Assembly (NCBI GenBank): GCA_963841435.1
Contig: CAWJCS010000006.1
Location: forward strand, 640,001-704,000
From: an uncultured delta proteobacterium
GTDB taxonomy: Bacteria; Myxococcota_A; Polyangia; Polyangiales; Polyangiaceae
DNA length: 64,000 nucleotides
Direction of reading: 5' to 3'
Below, piece after piece: positions 30,108-39,517 of this stretch (within the stretch, counting starts at the first letter, position 1; the number at the start of each line of letters is the position of its first letter). The notes under the pieces were generated by a model. The model had not been told where the DNA came from. It saw only the letters and a list, made by a program, of their open reading frames with translations, and ran no database searches. The translations under genes were made by a program, and so were the position numbers.

Positions 30108-31976
30108 TCAAAACGTCAGGCTCGCGTCGAGGCGCATCCCCTCGAAGCCCGGCCGCACCTGACACACGCCGCCGACGCAGCGCAGCGAAGAACGGCGCTG
30201 GCCCACGAAGAGCGCCACGCTCGAATCCGGCGTCGGGCGCACCTTGACGCTGCCGTTGACGTAGAAGTCCGGGGGCAGGGGATCGGTATTGTACTCGATG
30301 CCGACGCCGAACGAGAGGCGCGACCCCACCTGTAGACCCGTGAGGTGCTCGCCCTCGAACCAGCGGCCCGTCGGGCTGCCGAGCGCGCGGCGCCGGCGCC
30401 GATGGAACCCCTGGAGCTCGAGCGCAAACGTCTCGTCGAGCGCCTGCACGACGTCGTAGCGGACGTAAAGCTCGCGGTAAAAGACGTGCGTCGTGCCGTC
30501 GCGAGCCGCGAGCGGCGCGTCCGCGCGATCGAAACGCGTGCCGGCAGTGACCGTGCCGCGCGTGCGACCGTCCGTGCCCTTGAGCTCGAAGCCGGACGCC
30601 AGATCGAGCACGCGGTTCCGATTGTCCCGGCTGGTGTCGCAACGGTCGTTCGACACGGTTTCCGCGAACGTCTCGTAGTAGCCGACCCAGCCGAACGCGG
30701 TTGCCCTGCGCGCGAGGGCTGCGTCGCCGCGTGCGCGGCCTCCCGTGACGCAGGTGTTGAAGTTGTCGAATTCGGTGTCGACGAAGGGGTCCTCCGTCGT
30801 GGGCGGCGCGCTCCACTCGAGCAGCGAAAACTCACGTGCTCGCCCGACGTCAACGTTCGCGCGCAGCGGGAAGAAGCGGCGATAGTGCTTCGCTTCGAGC
30901 AACACGAAGAAGGGCTCGAAGGCGAGGCTCGTGCTCAAGTACAACGCGTGGCCCGCGGGCAGCCTCGCGTCCTCATCGGTCTGCTCGAGCTTCTGCCAGG
31001 CGCCCTCGAAGTAAATGGCGACCTTTCCGTCATCGGTCGCTCCCTCGATCGATTGGCTCAACGTGGCGACGCGGTCGGCGCTCCGCACCGGGTCGGGCGA
31101 AAGCGCCGGCTTTCGCCACAAGAACGAGCCTTGCGACCCGAGCGTCACGGGCGACACCCCGAGCTTCAGCTGGCCCCCGAGCAGGCGGTCGGGCGCATAA
31201 GTGCAGCTGAGGAACGTTTCGCAGCGACCCGTGTCGGGCGCAAAATCCGTCGCCACGGCGCGCGGCATGCCGGCCTCGGTCACGACCAAAAAGCCGGGCA
31301 GGGCGCTCGAGTGGACGCCGAGGTAGCGGCCGCTACCCTCGTCGATGCGCAGCGGATTCGGTGAGCCGCCGAGCGCCGTGATTTCGACCCTGAGGGGGCC
31401 GACGTGGCGCGATCCCGACACGCGCACGCCACGGATGCTGTCGTCGCTCGAGAGCTCGTCGCGCTTGCGCACCGAGAGCACCAGCCCGCGGCCGAGCTCG
31501 GCGTAGAAGTCGCCGACCATGACGTCGATGTCGCGCGTGGCGTACCCGGCGTAGAGCTTCGCCGGGTAGGTCCAGTTGATGTAGCGATTCGAGAGCTCGT
31601 GCCCGCTCTCGTAGACCTTGCCGCGGAAGTACTCTGCGTCCGAGATGCCGTCCGGAGCCGCTTTTCGCCCCTCGACGAGGCTGAGTCCCGCGCGTGTGGG
31701 GTCGGGCGAGGTGTAAAACCAGGCGCTGTCGAGACGCAGCCCGAAGCGGAAGTCGCCCTCGTTGCCCTGGACGTTCAGGCGGTTGAGCCAAGCGCCCCAG
31801 TCGTCGTTGACGACCGTGGCGACCTGGTTGGGCGATTCGTCGCGATTGTCCCAGGCATAAAGGACGCTCGTCGAGTCGGTGACATCGAGCTGGATCGGCG
31901 GCTGGGGCTCGGCGGCGAGCGCTCCAGAGGCGAACACGGAGCAGAGCGCGCTGCCCCCCGCGAGCAGCCGGCGCAC
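30108..31976 (-). CDS. Outer-membrane beta-barrel, DUF6029-like
   Basis: Signal peptide; VGDFYAELGRGLVLS; C-terminal GQRRSSLRCVGGVCQVRPGFEG..LTF; GTG 1 nt after upstream stop. Confidence 0.7.
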   Translation of the reverse strand: MRRLLAGGSALCSVFASGALAAEPQPPIQLDVTDSTSVLYAWDNRDESPNQVATVVNDDWGAWLNRLNVQGNEGDFRFGLRLDSAWFYTSPDPTRAGLSLVEGRKAAPDGISDAEYFRGKVYESGHELSNRYINWTYPAKLYAGYATRDIDVMVGDFYAELGRGLVLSVRKRDELSSDDSIRGVRVSGSRHVGPLRVEITALGGSPNPLRIDEGSGRYLGVHSSALPGFLVVTEAGMPRAVATDFAPDTGRCETFLSCTYAPDRLLGGQLKLGVSPVTLGSQGSFLWRKPALSPDPVRSADRVATLSQSIEGATDDGKVAIYFEGAWQKLEQTDEDARLPAGHALYLSTSLAFEPFFVLLEAKHYRRFFPLRANVDVGRAREFSLLEWSAPPTTEDPFVDTEFDNFNTCVTGGRARGDAALARRATAFGWVGYYETFAETVSNDRCDTSRDNRNRVLDLASGFELKGTDGRTRGTVTAGTRFDRADAPLAARDGTTHVFYRELYVRYDVVQALDETFALELQGFHRRRRRALGSPTGRWFEGEHLTGLQVGSRLSFGVGIEYNTDPLPPDFYVNGSVKVRPTPDSSVALFVGQRRSSLRCVGGVCQVRPGFEGMRLDASLTF

Positions 31977-31977
31977 G

Positions 31978-32616
31978 CTACTTCGCGGCCTCGCGCCGGC
32001 CGAGCTCGTCGTCGATGAAGGGCCACAAAAGGGCGCTCTGGTCACCGACGTACTTCTTCAGGATGGTCATCGTGCGCGCGTCGATGACGATGTTGAGCGG
32101 CGCGGTCTCGGCGGACGCGTACGCGCCGAGCTGGTACTCGGGATCGAGCGCCATGGTGTAGGTGACGTCGAACGCCTCCACCCAGTTCTTGAGATCGGTG
32201 ACGTCGGCGGGCTCGGCCTTCTCGTCCTGGAAGAGCGCACCGATGATCGCGAGGCCTCGTGGCCCGTACGTCGCGTAGCGGCCGGGCAGCGCGCGGTGCT
32301 CGATTTGGCAGGCCGAGCACCAGAGCGCTGCGGTATTGAGGAGCACGAGCTCGTAGCGCTCGCCCGTCTCGTCGAGATAGCTCGAAAGCGCGACGGTCTG
32401 GAGCGATGCGCTGGTGTGCGACGCGGTGTCGGGGTGTTTCCAGCCGCGAAAGCAGACGTTCGCCGCGGTGTCGCCTTCTTCGGTGCCGTAGGGGCCGTCC
32501 GGGTAGTCCGGCGCGTTGCAGCTCGAGCCGCCGCCAATCAGCTCGGGCGGGATCTCGGGGCGGTTCGTCCCGCAGCCGCAGAAGAGGACGAGCAGAGCGA
32601 CCGGCGCGAGCCTCAC
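31978..32616 (-). CDS. Thioredoxin-fold (redoxin) lipoprotein, WCSAC; paralogue of 28842..29558
   Basis: Lipobox-like FCGC; YPDGPYG; LNTAALWCSACQIE; TAPLNIVID; GTGA overlap. Confidence 0.8.
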   Translation of the reverse strand: MRLAPVALLVLFCGCGTNRPEIPPELIGGGSSCNAPDYPDGPYGTEEGDTAANVCFRGWKHPDTASHTSASLQTVALSSYLDETGERYELVLLNTAALWCSACQIEHRALPGRYATYGPRGLAIIGALFQDEKAEPADVTDLKNWVEAFDVTYTMALDPEYQLGAYASAETAPLNIVIDARTMTILKKYVGDQSALLWPFIDDELGRREAAK

Positions 32617-33527
32617 TTCCGGCGCACTCCGAGGTTGGAAATCAGAGGCAAGCCGTCGGTCGCCGTGATGAAATCGCCGGAGCCATCGACGACGCCGTCG
32701 CTGAACACCGCCCATTCGCCGTACGGCGCCCAGGGCTGCTCGCCTTCCGTCTGACCGACCTCGAGCCCTTCGAGCAGGAGCTCGACCTCGGTGCCCGGCG
32801 CCCAACCAGCCGCATTCGGCAGCGTCAGCGTCGCCGCGGGGCAAAGCGTGGCTCCCACGGGCGCGAGCGCGAAAACGACCTCGAGCCCGGCGCCGTGATC
32901 GAGCCCGCCGGGTAGGTCGGTGATCGGAAACTCTGCGGCGCGAAAGGCTCGGCCCGAGGGCGTGTCGTAGGGCGGCAACGGGTCGACGTCTACGCTCCCG
33001 TTCGACGAAAGCTCGAGCGTCACGCCGCCCGACGCTGCCGCCGTGCCGGGCCCGAGCGTCGCACCCAGCGCCGGCAGCCGGGGCAGGGAGACCGTGCCGA
33101 GATCGACGCCGTCCGGGTCGGGATCGAGCAGCAGCGCAAATCTTCCGTACTCGAACCCGTCGCCGTACTTGAAGGCCGGCTTCTTCAGGGCCGACGACAG
33201 GCCGGCCGCAACGTCACCGTTGCCGTTGGAAAGCGCCGGCGGGCTGCAAACGTCCACGCCGCACACCGTGACGAGCACGTCCGCCGCGGGCGCCCCTTCG
33301 AGATCGACGAGCCGCGCGGTCACGGTTCCGATCTCCACGGCGGCGAGTGACGGATCGGCGTAGCTCGGCCCCGGCTCGCAGGTGGGCGGGTGCGGCCCGT
33401 CCGTCGGCTGCTTTCGCACGGGGTCGCTCCCGCACCCGCCGAGCGCGAAAGAGAGCGGGAGGAGGGCGGCCAGGGCGCCGAATCGCGTCACGGCCGGCAT
33501 CGTGCCACGGACTCGCGTGGCCTTCAC
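32613..33527 (-). CDS. Hypothetical beta-rich lipoprotein
   Basis: Lipobox LGGC; VTVCGVDVC; co-oriented, 3 nt after the barrel stop. Confidence 0.65.
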   Translation of the reverse strand: MKATRVRGTMPAVTRFGALAALLPLSFALGGCGSDPVRKQPTDGPHPPTCEPGPSYADPSLAAVEIGTVTARLVDLEGAPAADVLVTVCGVDVCSPPALSNGNGDVAAGLSSALKKPAFKYGDGFEYGRFALLLDPDPDGVDLGTVSLPRLPALGATLGPGTAAASGGVTLELSSNGSVDVDPLPPYDTPSGRAFRAAEFPITDLPGGLDHGAGLEVVFALAPVGATLCPAATLTLPNAAGWAPGTEVELLLEGLEVGQTEGEQPWAPYGEWAVFSDGVVDGSGDFITATDGLPLISNLGVRRK

Positions 33528-33530
33528 GCG

Positions 33531-35744
33531 TCAGAAGAGCACGCCCAGATACCAGCGGACCGTCTGCGCGATGCGGGTCTGCGCGTACTCGGGATTGCCC
33601 GTGTCCCGCGTGATCGCGTCGGCCTGGGTGCTCGTGTAGCCAAGGCCTGCCATGGGGAAAAGCACCCCGTAGTCGACTTCGGTGAAGAAGCCGCCGAGCG
33701 AGCCGGGTAGGTCGTTGAGAGCGCCGTCCTTGGCCTGGTAGTAGAGGCGGCCGTTCAGCTCGATGCCCAGGTCGCGGTCGTGGCCCGGCGCCTGGATGAA
33801 CTCGCTCGCGCGCGTCCAGATCGCAGCAAGCCCGCCGCCCACGCGCTGGCCGTTGGGATCGCGCAGGAAGTCGTAATCGGCGCTGGGTCGAAAATAGTAG
33901 CTGCCCTGAACCCGCGTGAGGATGTTGCGGTTCAGGATCATGTCGATGCGGTAGCTCGGGTGAAAGCGAAACTCGGAGAACGTCCGGTCGCCGCGCTGGG
34001 CCTGTGAGCCCATGCCGGGAACGAGGCCGTCGACGTCCGGGTCGCCTTCGGCCCAGCCGAACTTGAAGCCGAGAATGAGCCGGTCCTCGACGAGCTTCTG
34101 CTCGAGCTCGGTGGCAAAGCCCCACGACGCGAGCGTGTAGCCCGGGTCGCTCGGATCGCTCACGCCATTGCGTGGATCGATGTTGCCGATCGACCCCTGC
34201 ACGGTGATCGCTTCGGCCTCGAAGCGGAACTTCTGGTACTGAAGCTTGAGCCACAGGCTCGGGATCCACGCGGTCGCGTCGCGGCGCACGTAGCCGCTGC
34301 CCACGGTGCCGTTCGGACAGCCGAGCGCCTGGGCCCCGTCGGCGCAGTCGCCGCTCGTGCTCGTGACGCTGCTCGCCGCACGGTCGTTGGCGACCGTCTG
34401 ATGCCGATAGACGAGCTGCAGTCCGCCGTTCAAGAGCACCTCGCCCCGCGCGAGGCTCAGGCGCTCGAGCTCCGGGCTCTTCTTGCGCACGATCGAGAAC
34501 GCGTACTGATCGACGTCGTCGAGCTGGGAAAGATCGTAAGGCTCCGGGTTCGGCAGCGTCGTCGTGTCGCTCGTGATGCCTTCGTTCGGGAAGTCCCACG
34601 CCGCGGAGAAGTAGAGGTCGAGCGGCTTGATGCCGCTGATCGCTTGCACGCGGTCGACGGTGGACTGGGCGTCGTCGTCGTGGCCGTCACCGCCGTTCCA
34701 CATGATGCCGAGGCCCCAGTGAAACGGCATGCGCCCGAAGCGCAGCTCACCGATGGGCATCGAGTATTCGCCCCACGCGCGCTTGACGCGGATGCTGTCC
34801 TTGAGCGAGTTGACACCGGCCGAAGGCGGCACCTGCGTGTCGTCGTAGAAGCCGAGCGGGGTGTAGCCGCCGTTGGCGCTCACGGCGTAGCCGCCGTCGG
34901 CGGACGGCAGATTCGCGTAGCCGCTGGGCGTCGAACCGAGCACCAGGTTGTCGAGCAAGTCGATCTGGGAAAGGACGCGCAGGTTGTCCGAGATGTGAAG
35001 CTCGGGGTTGAGCCGAAAGCGCAGATTCGCCCCGGCCTGCATGTTGGCTTGGCAGTCTTGCGTCGCGCTCGCGGTGCTCGAGCCGGTGCCGCCTCGTTCC
35101 TCTGGCGTACACACCTGCGCGCCGTGGAGCTGACCGTCGGTGTCCTGGTAGCGATCGTCTTCCGGGCGCGGCCACATGGCGCGCGCCAGCGGGTCGAGAC
35201 GCCCGAGCCCGAATTTGTGAAAGAGCTGAGCGCGCAGCCGGAAGTAGCCGTGGATCTCGAGGATCGGGCGTGCGTGTGCCCACCAGTCTTCCGCGTACAC
35301 GCGATCGGCTTCGTCGATCTTGTCGCCGGGCCGCGCCTCGGGCCGCTTGTCACCCTGACGTTCGAGCGCGTGGGCATCGGCGCTCGGCTCCGGCCAGAGC
35401 GGCAGCCCCGCATTCATGGGGGCCGTCGGCGCTGGCGCCGGCGCGGGCGCGGCATCGCTCGGCGTCGGCTCTTCGGTTTCGGGCGCGTCGGCGTCGGCTT
35501 CGCTGTCGGCGTCAGGCGCGGGCTCGGACGGTGCCGGTCCCTTCGGTGCCGTCGTGGCGGGTGCCTTCGGTGCTGCGGCAGCGGGTGCCTCCGGTGCAGC
35601 GGCGGCGGGTGCCTTCACGGGCGGTGCCGCCGGCTTCGCGGGCTTCTCTGTCTGAGCGCCCGCCGTGCTCGGGTAGAGCGCCGACATCGTCGGGGTGAGC
35701 GCCAGAGCGGCGAGCAATCTCTTCGTTGCGGAGAGGCGAGACAT
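33531..35744 (-). CDS. Myxobacterial outer-membrane barrel, TIGR04551-family-like
   Basis: Signal peptide + PA linker; HGYFRLR, ANLRFRLNP, DLLDNLVLGSTP, GELRFGRMPFHWGLG, FRFHPSYRIDMIL; C-terminal Phe. Confidence 0.75.
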   Translation of the reverse strand: MSRLSATKRLLAALALTPTMSALYPSTAGAQTEKPAKPAAPPVKAPAAAAPEAPAAAAPKAPATTAPKGPAPSEPAPDADSEADADAPETEEPTPSDAAPAPAPAPTAPMNAGLPLWPEPSADAHALERQGDKRPEARPGDKIDEADRVYAEDWWAHARPILEIHGYFRLRAQLFHKFGLGRLDPLARAMWPRPEDDRYQDTDGQLHGAQVCTPEERGGTGSSTASATQDCQANMQAGANLRFRLNPELHISDNLRVLSQIDLLDNLVLGSTPSGYANLPSADGGYAVSANGGYTPLGFYDDTQVPPSAGVNSLKDSIRVKRAWGEYSMPIGELRFGRMPFHWGLGIMWNGGDGHDDDAQSTVDRVQAISGIKPLDLYFSAAWDFPNEGITSDTTTLPNPEPYDLSQLDDVDQYAFSIVRKKSPELERLSLARGEVLLNGGLQLVYRHQTVANDRAASSVTSTSGDCADGAQALGCPNGTVGSGYVRRDATAWIPSLWLKLQYQKFRFEAEAITVQGSIGNIDPRNGVSDPSDPGYTLASWGFATELEQKLVEDRLILGFKFGWAEGDPDVDGLVPGMGSQAQRGDRTFSEFRFHPSYRIDMILNRNILTRVQGSYYFRPSADYDFLRDPNGQRVGGGLAAIWTRASEFIQAPGHDRDLGIELNGRLYYQAKDGALNDLPGSLGGFFTEVDYGVLFPMAGLGYTSTQADAITRDTGNPEYAQTRIAQTVRWYLGVLF

Positions 35745-35846
35745 CTTTTGTTTGGCGGAGGACCGGCGGAACGGGGGGCCCCGGGCGCGGGCCGGCGCGG
35801 GCAGACGGACCTTTCGCACGCAGCCTAGAAAGCTGTCAACGTCGCT

Positions 35847-37004
35847 TCATTCGGGCTCGGTAGAAGGGTGCCGAAACGCCTCGACCAGCTCCCGCCCGAG
35901 CTCCGCGGCGCGCTCCTGGGGGTCAGGCTCCGTCGGGGGGACGGCGGGCAGCTGGTGGTCCGAGACCGTCTTGGCGAGCTTGGCGAGCTCCTTCTGGAAC
36001 AGCCAGCCGGGGCCCGACGGGAGGTCCAGAGCGGCGCGGAATGCCTCGCCGAGGTCGATTGCGGTCGCGAAACGCAAGACCGGGTCCTTGGCGAGCGCTC
36101 GGGCGAAGAGCACGTCGAGGACGGCCGGCGCCGTCGTGACGAGGCTCGTCACGGGTGGAGGCGCCTCGTGCAGCTGCGCGGTGCGGACCTCGAGCTCGCT
36201 TCGCCCTTGATGATCGAACGGCGTCGCGCCGGTCACGAGCTCGTAAAGAACGATCGCGGCCGAGTAGAGATCCGACCGGGCGTCCTGTGGGTCACCGCGC
36301 ACGGCCTCGGGTGACATGTACGCGCCCGTACCCGGTGCGACGCCGCCGGTCTGAGCGGCGTGGTCGGCTGGAATGCGCGCGATGCCGAAGTCGGTAAGCT
36401 TCACGATGCCGTCGGTGCGTGCGATCACGTTCGCCGGCTTGACGTCACGGTGCAAGATGTCGAGCTCGTGCACGGCGGCGAGCGCACCGAGCAGCTGCGC
36501 GAAGTAGTGCCACGCGAGCAAGAACGGCACGGCGGGGACGCGCGGCGACGGCCTCGACAGCACCGCACGCTGCACGATGCTCGAGAGCGGCTCGCCGTGC
36601 ACGAGCTCCATGACGATGGCCGTCTGGCCGTCGTCTTCGGCGAGCGCAAAGAAATGCACGATGTTGGGATGCGAGAGCCGACTCAGCGCTTCGGCTTCGC
36701 GCGAAAACAGCAGCCGGGCCCGCTCTCGACCCCTGAGCAATGGGTGCAGGATCTTGATGGCCACCGGGTGCGGCGGCATCGCCCCCTTGGTGCCGGTGGG
36801 ATCGTAATAGAGCCAGCCGCGGTACACGATTCCCATTCCGCCCTCGCCAATCTCGTGACCGAGGACGACGCGCCCGAGGCCGGCCACCGAGAGCTCGGAG
36901 CCCGGCCCGAGCCGGCGCGGCGCCGCGAGCACCGGGACACCACAGTAGGGGCAGAATCTCGCCCCGTCCTCGACGCTACTCCGGCAGGCCGCACACACCG
37001 GCAT
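35847..37004 (-). CDS. Ser/Thr protein kinase with N-terminal zinc ribbon
   Basis: CAAC...FCPYCG; GEGGMG, VAIK, HRDVKPAN, DFG, YMSPE. Confidence 0.93.
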   Translation of the reverse strand: MPVCAACRSSVEDGARFCPYCGVPVLAAPRRLGPGSELSVAGLGRVVLGHEIGEGGMGIVYRGWLYYDPTGTKGAMPPHPVAIKILHPLLRGRERARLLFSREAEALSRLSHPNIVHFFALAEDDGQTAIVMELVHGEPLSSIVQRAVLSRPSPRVPAVPFLLAWHYFAQLLGALAAVHELDILHRDVKPANVIARTDGIVKLTDFGIARIPADHAAQTGGVAPGTGAYMSPEAVRGDPQDARSDLYSAAIVLYELVTGATPFDHQGRSELEVRTAQLHEAPPPVTSLVTTAPAVLDVLFARALAKDPVLRFATAIDLGEAFRAALDLPSGPGWLFQKELAKLAKTVSDHQLPAVPPTEPDPQERAAELGRELVEAFRHPSTEPE

Positions 37005-37222
37005 ACATCTACGAGCCTACACCCTCGAGTCGTGAAACCTTCCCTGCCGTTGCGCCGGCCACCCGGACGAACGCCGTGCGTCGTTCACCGCCGCGGGGGC
37101 GACGCGACATTGTTGCGATTGAACGCCGTTTCGTGCGAAATTTCAGCCACGGTTTTAACTCGGACCGCTTCTGCTCCGTTCCAAGGGGGCGTCCGAGACA
37201 CCCCTGCTAGGAGAAAACCAGC

Positions 37223-38758
37223 GTGCATCACCGCCGGGCCCTTGTCGCTCGCTCTGTCCGTCGTTCGCTCGCGGCCGCGGTGGGTTCCGCGCCGCTCTGG
37301 CTCGCGAGCGTTGCGCTCGCTCAGACGCCCGTGGGGAAGGAGTTCTCCGCCGAGCGCTTCTCGCCCGCGGCGGGTCCGCGCAACTACTTCACCACGCGCG
37401 GTGCTCGCACCGACGGCGAGATGGCGTGGAGCCTCGGGATCCTCGCTGACTATGCCAACGAGCCGATCGTCGTCGAATCGTGTGTCTCGAACGCGGGTTG
37501 CGATCCGAGCATCGCGTCGGAGATCGTCGAGCTCAAGGTCGTCGAAAATCAGGTGCTCGGCAGCGTGATGGGGTCGTTCACGCCCATCCCGCGCTTGCAG
37601 CTCGGACTCCGGCTGCCCGTCGGCTATTCGAAGGGCCACGGCATCAACGAGCTCGGTCAGGCCGAGCCGCTCGCCAAGTTCGGCATGGCCGATCCCGAGC
37701 TCGAGGCGAAGTTTCGCGCCTTCGGCGAGGCGAAATCGCCGATCGTCGGCGGTGTCGCGCTGTACGGCACGGCGCCACTCGGCCACCTCACGGCAGATCG
37801 CGCCTACCTGGGCGACGAGACGCCGGGCGGCGGTGTGCGCCTGATCTTCGACGGCGAAGCCGGCATGCTGTCGTTCGGCGTGAACCTTGGCGGCGTGCTG
37901 CGCGGCCAGGGCGAGCTCGGCTCCGTCAAGGTCGGCTCGGAGATGCGCTACGGCCTCGCCGTGGGCGTGCGGCCGAGCCCGATCTTCCGCGTGCTCGTCG
38001 ACACCTTCGGCAGCACACGCTTCACGGGTACTTCGGGTGAGAACGCGCTCGAGCTCGACGGCGGCGTGCAGGTCACGCCGCTCGGTTCGACGCTGCTCAT
38101 CAACGTCGGCGCCGGCACGAGCCTCGTCTACGGTGTCGGCACGCCGGCCCTCCGTGCGCTGATCGGTGCGACCTACGCGATCGAGAAGAGTGACCGCGAC
38201 AACGACGGCTTCGACGACAACGACGACCAGTGCCCGACCGAGCCCGAGGATCGCGACGGATACGAGGATTCCGACGGTTGCCCGGATCCCGACAACGACC
38301 TCGACACCATCCCCGACGTGGCCGACAAGTGCCCGAACCAGGCCGAGGACGCCGACGGCTTCGAGGACCTCGACGGCTGCCCCGAGCTCGACAACGACAA
38401 GGACGGCATCCCCGACGTCAGCGATCGCTGCCCGAACGAGCCGGAGACGAAGAACGGCTTCGACGACGACGACGGCTGCCCCGACGTTTCCGATCGCGAC
38501 CGCGACGGCGTCCCTGACGACAAGGACGCGTGCCCCGACGAGCCCGAGGATACCGACGGGTTCGAGGACACCGACGGCTGCCCCGATCCGGACAACGACA
38601 AGGACGGCATCCCCGACAATCAGGACGAGTGCGTGGACGAGCCCGAGACGATGAACGGCTTCCAGGACGAGGACGGCTGCCCCGACGAGAAGGGCAAGGC
38701 GAAGCCGAAGGCCGCGAAGCCGGCCCCCGCCCAGCAGCAACCGATCGATCTCGACTGA
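37223..38758 (+). CDS. Outer-membrane barrel + thrombospondin type-3 (Ca-binding) repeats
   Basis: AGGAG RBS; signal peptide; beta-strand region; five ~33-aa DxDxDG..D..D.CP..PE...G..D.DGCP repeats. Confidence 0.82.
   Translation: MHHRRALVARSVRRSLAAAVGSAPLWLASVALAQTPVGKEFSAERFSPAAGPRNYFTTRGARTDGEMAWSLGILADYANEPIVVESCVSNAGCDPSIASEIVELKVVENQVLGSVMGSFTPIPRLQLGLRLPVGYSKGHGINELGQAEPLAKFGMADPELEAKFRAFGEAKSPIVGGVALYGTAPLGHLTADRAYLGDETPGGGVRLIFDGEAGMLSFGVNLGGVLRGQGELGSVKVGSEMRYGLAVGVRPSPIFRVLVDTFGSTRFTGTSGENALELDGGVQVTPLGSTLLINVGAGTSLVYGVGTPALRALIGATYAIEKSDRDNDGFDDNDDQCPTEPEDRDGYEDSDGCPDPDNDLDTIPDVADKCPNQAEDADGFEDLDGCPELDNDKDGIPDVSDRCPNEPETKNGFDDDDGCPDVSDRDRDGVPDDKDACPDEPEDTDGFEDTDGCPDPDNDKDGIPDNQDECVDEPETMNGFQDEDGCPDEKGKAKPKAAKPAPAQQQPIDLD
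38192..38689 (+). repeat. Five ~99-bp coding TSP3 repeats
   Basis: Recurrent GACAACGACAAGGACGGCATCCCCGAC and GACGGCTGCCCC. Confidence 0.8.
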
Positions 38759-38761
38759 GCC

Positions 38762-39289
38762 ATGCAGCGCCGCGACGCGATGCTCGGTTTCTTGATCGCC
38801 CTTGCGCTGGGCGGCTGTGGTGGCTCTCTCGGCGGAGCGAAATCGGGGACGTCGGGCGAAGCCGCAAAGCTCGTCGGCGCCCCGGCGCCCGATTTCTCGC
38901 TCGAGCCCGTGGGCGGCGGCGCGCCGGTCACGCCGTCGGCGTTCAAGGGCCACGTTCTGATCGTCGATTTCTGGGCAACGTGGTGCGCGCCATGCCGCCA
39001 GTCGTTCCCCGCCTACCAGCGGCTCGTAGAAGAGTTCGGCGGCAAGCTCGTCGTCGTGGGCGTGAGCGTCAACGACGACGCTTCGGGCATCGCGGACTTC
39101 CGTTCCCAGACGGGCGTGAAATTCCCGCTCGTGTGGGACGAGGGGCAGCACGTCGCCGGCGCCTACGAGCCCGGCACGATGCCCACCTCGTACGTCGTCG
39201 ACAAGTCCGGCATCGTGACGGCTGTCCACGAAGGCTTTCACGCCGGGGACGAGGAAGCGCTGCGTAACGACGTGAAGGCGCTGCTCTAA
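38762..39289 (+). CDS. TlpA-family disulfide reductase lipoprotein
   Basis: Lipobox LGGC; APDFSL, DFWATWCAPC, TMPTSYVVD. Confidence 0.92.
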   Translation: MQRRDAMLGFLIALALGGCGGSLGGAKSGTSGEAAKLVGAPAPDFSLEPVGGGAPVTPSAFKGHVLIVDFWATWCAPCRQSFPAYQRLVEEFGGKLVVVGVSVNDDASGIADFRSQTGVKFPLVWDEGQHVAGAYEPGTMPTSYVVDKSGIVTAVHEGFHAGDEEALRNDVKALL

Positions 39290-39517
39290 TCGCCGTCGCG
39301 AGCGACGCGCTCGCGCGTCGCGATCGGTCTTTTCCGAGTCTCGACGGGTCGTGTTGGCGGGGGCTCTGGCCCGCGGGATAATCCCGGCCGGACGGATTCC
39401 GGCGCGTGGTGGCGCGCATCGCACCCGCTCCCACCATCGCGGAACTCCTGCTACCGAAATGGGTCGGTGGGCCGTATCGCGCTTGCCGACTGCTGCTCGC
39501 GCCCGTCATCATGAGGG

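Noticed and set aside
28842-39289. Selenocysteine recoding in the redoxins
   Set aside because: All four CxxC motifs use TGC codons; no in-frame TGA
37085-39424. 779-aa minus-strand ORF with repeats
   Set aside because: Repeats are the reverse complement of the TSP3 coding repeats
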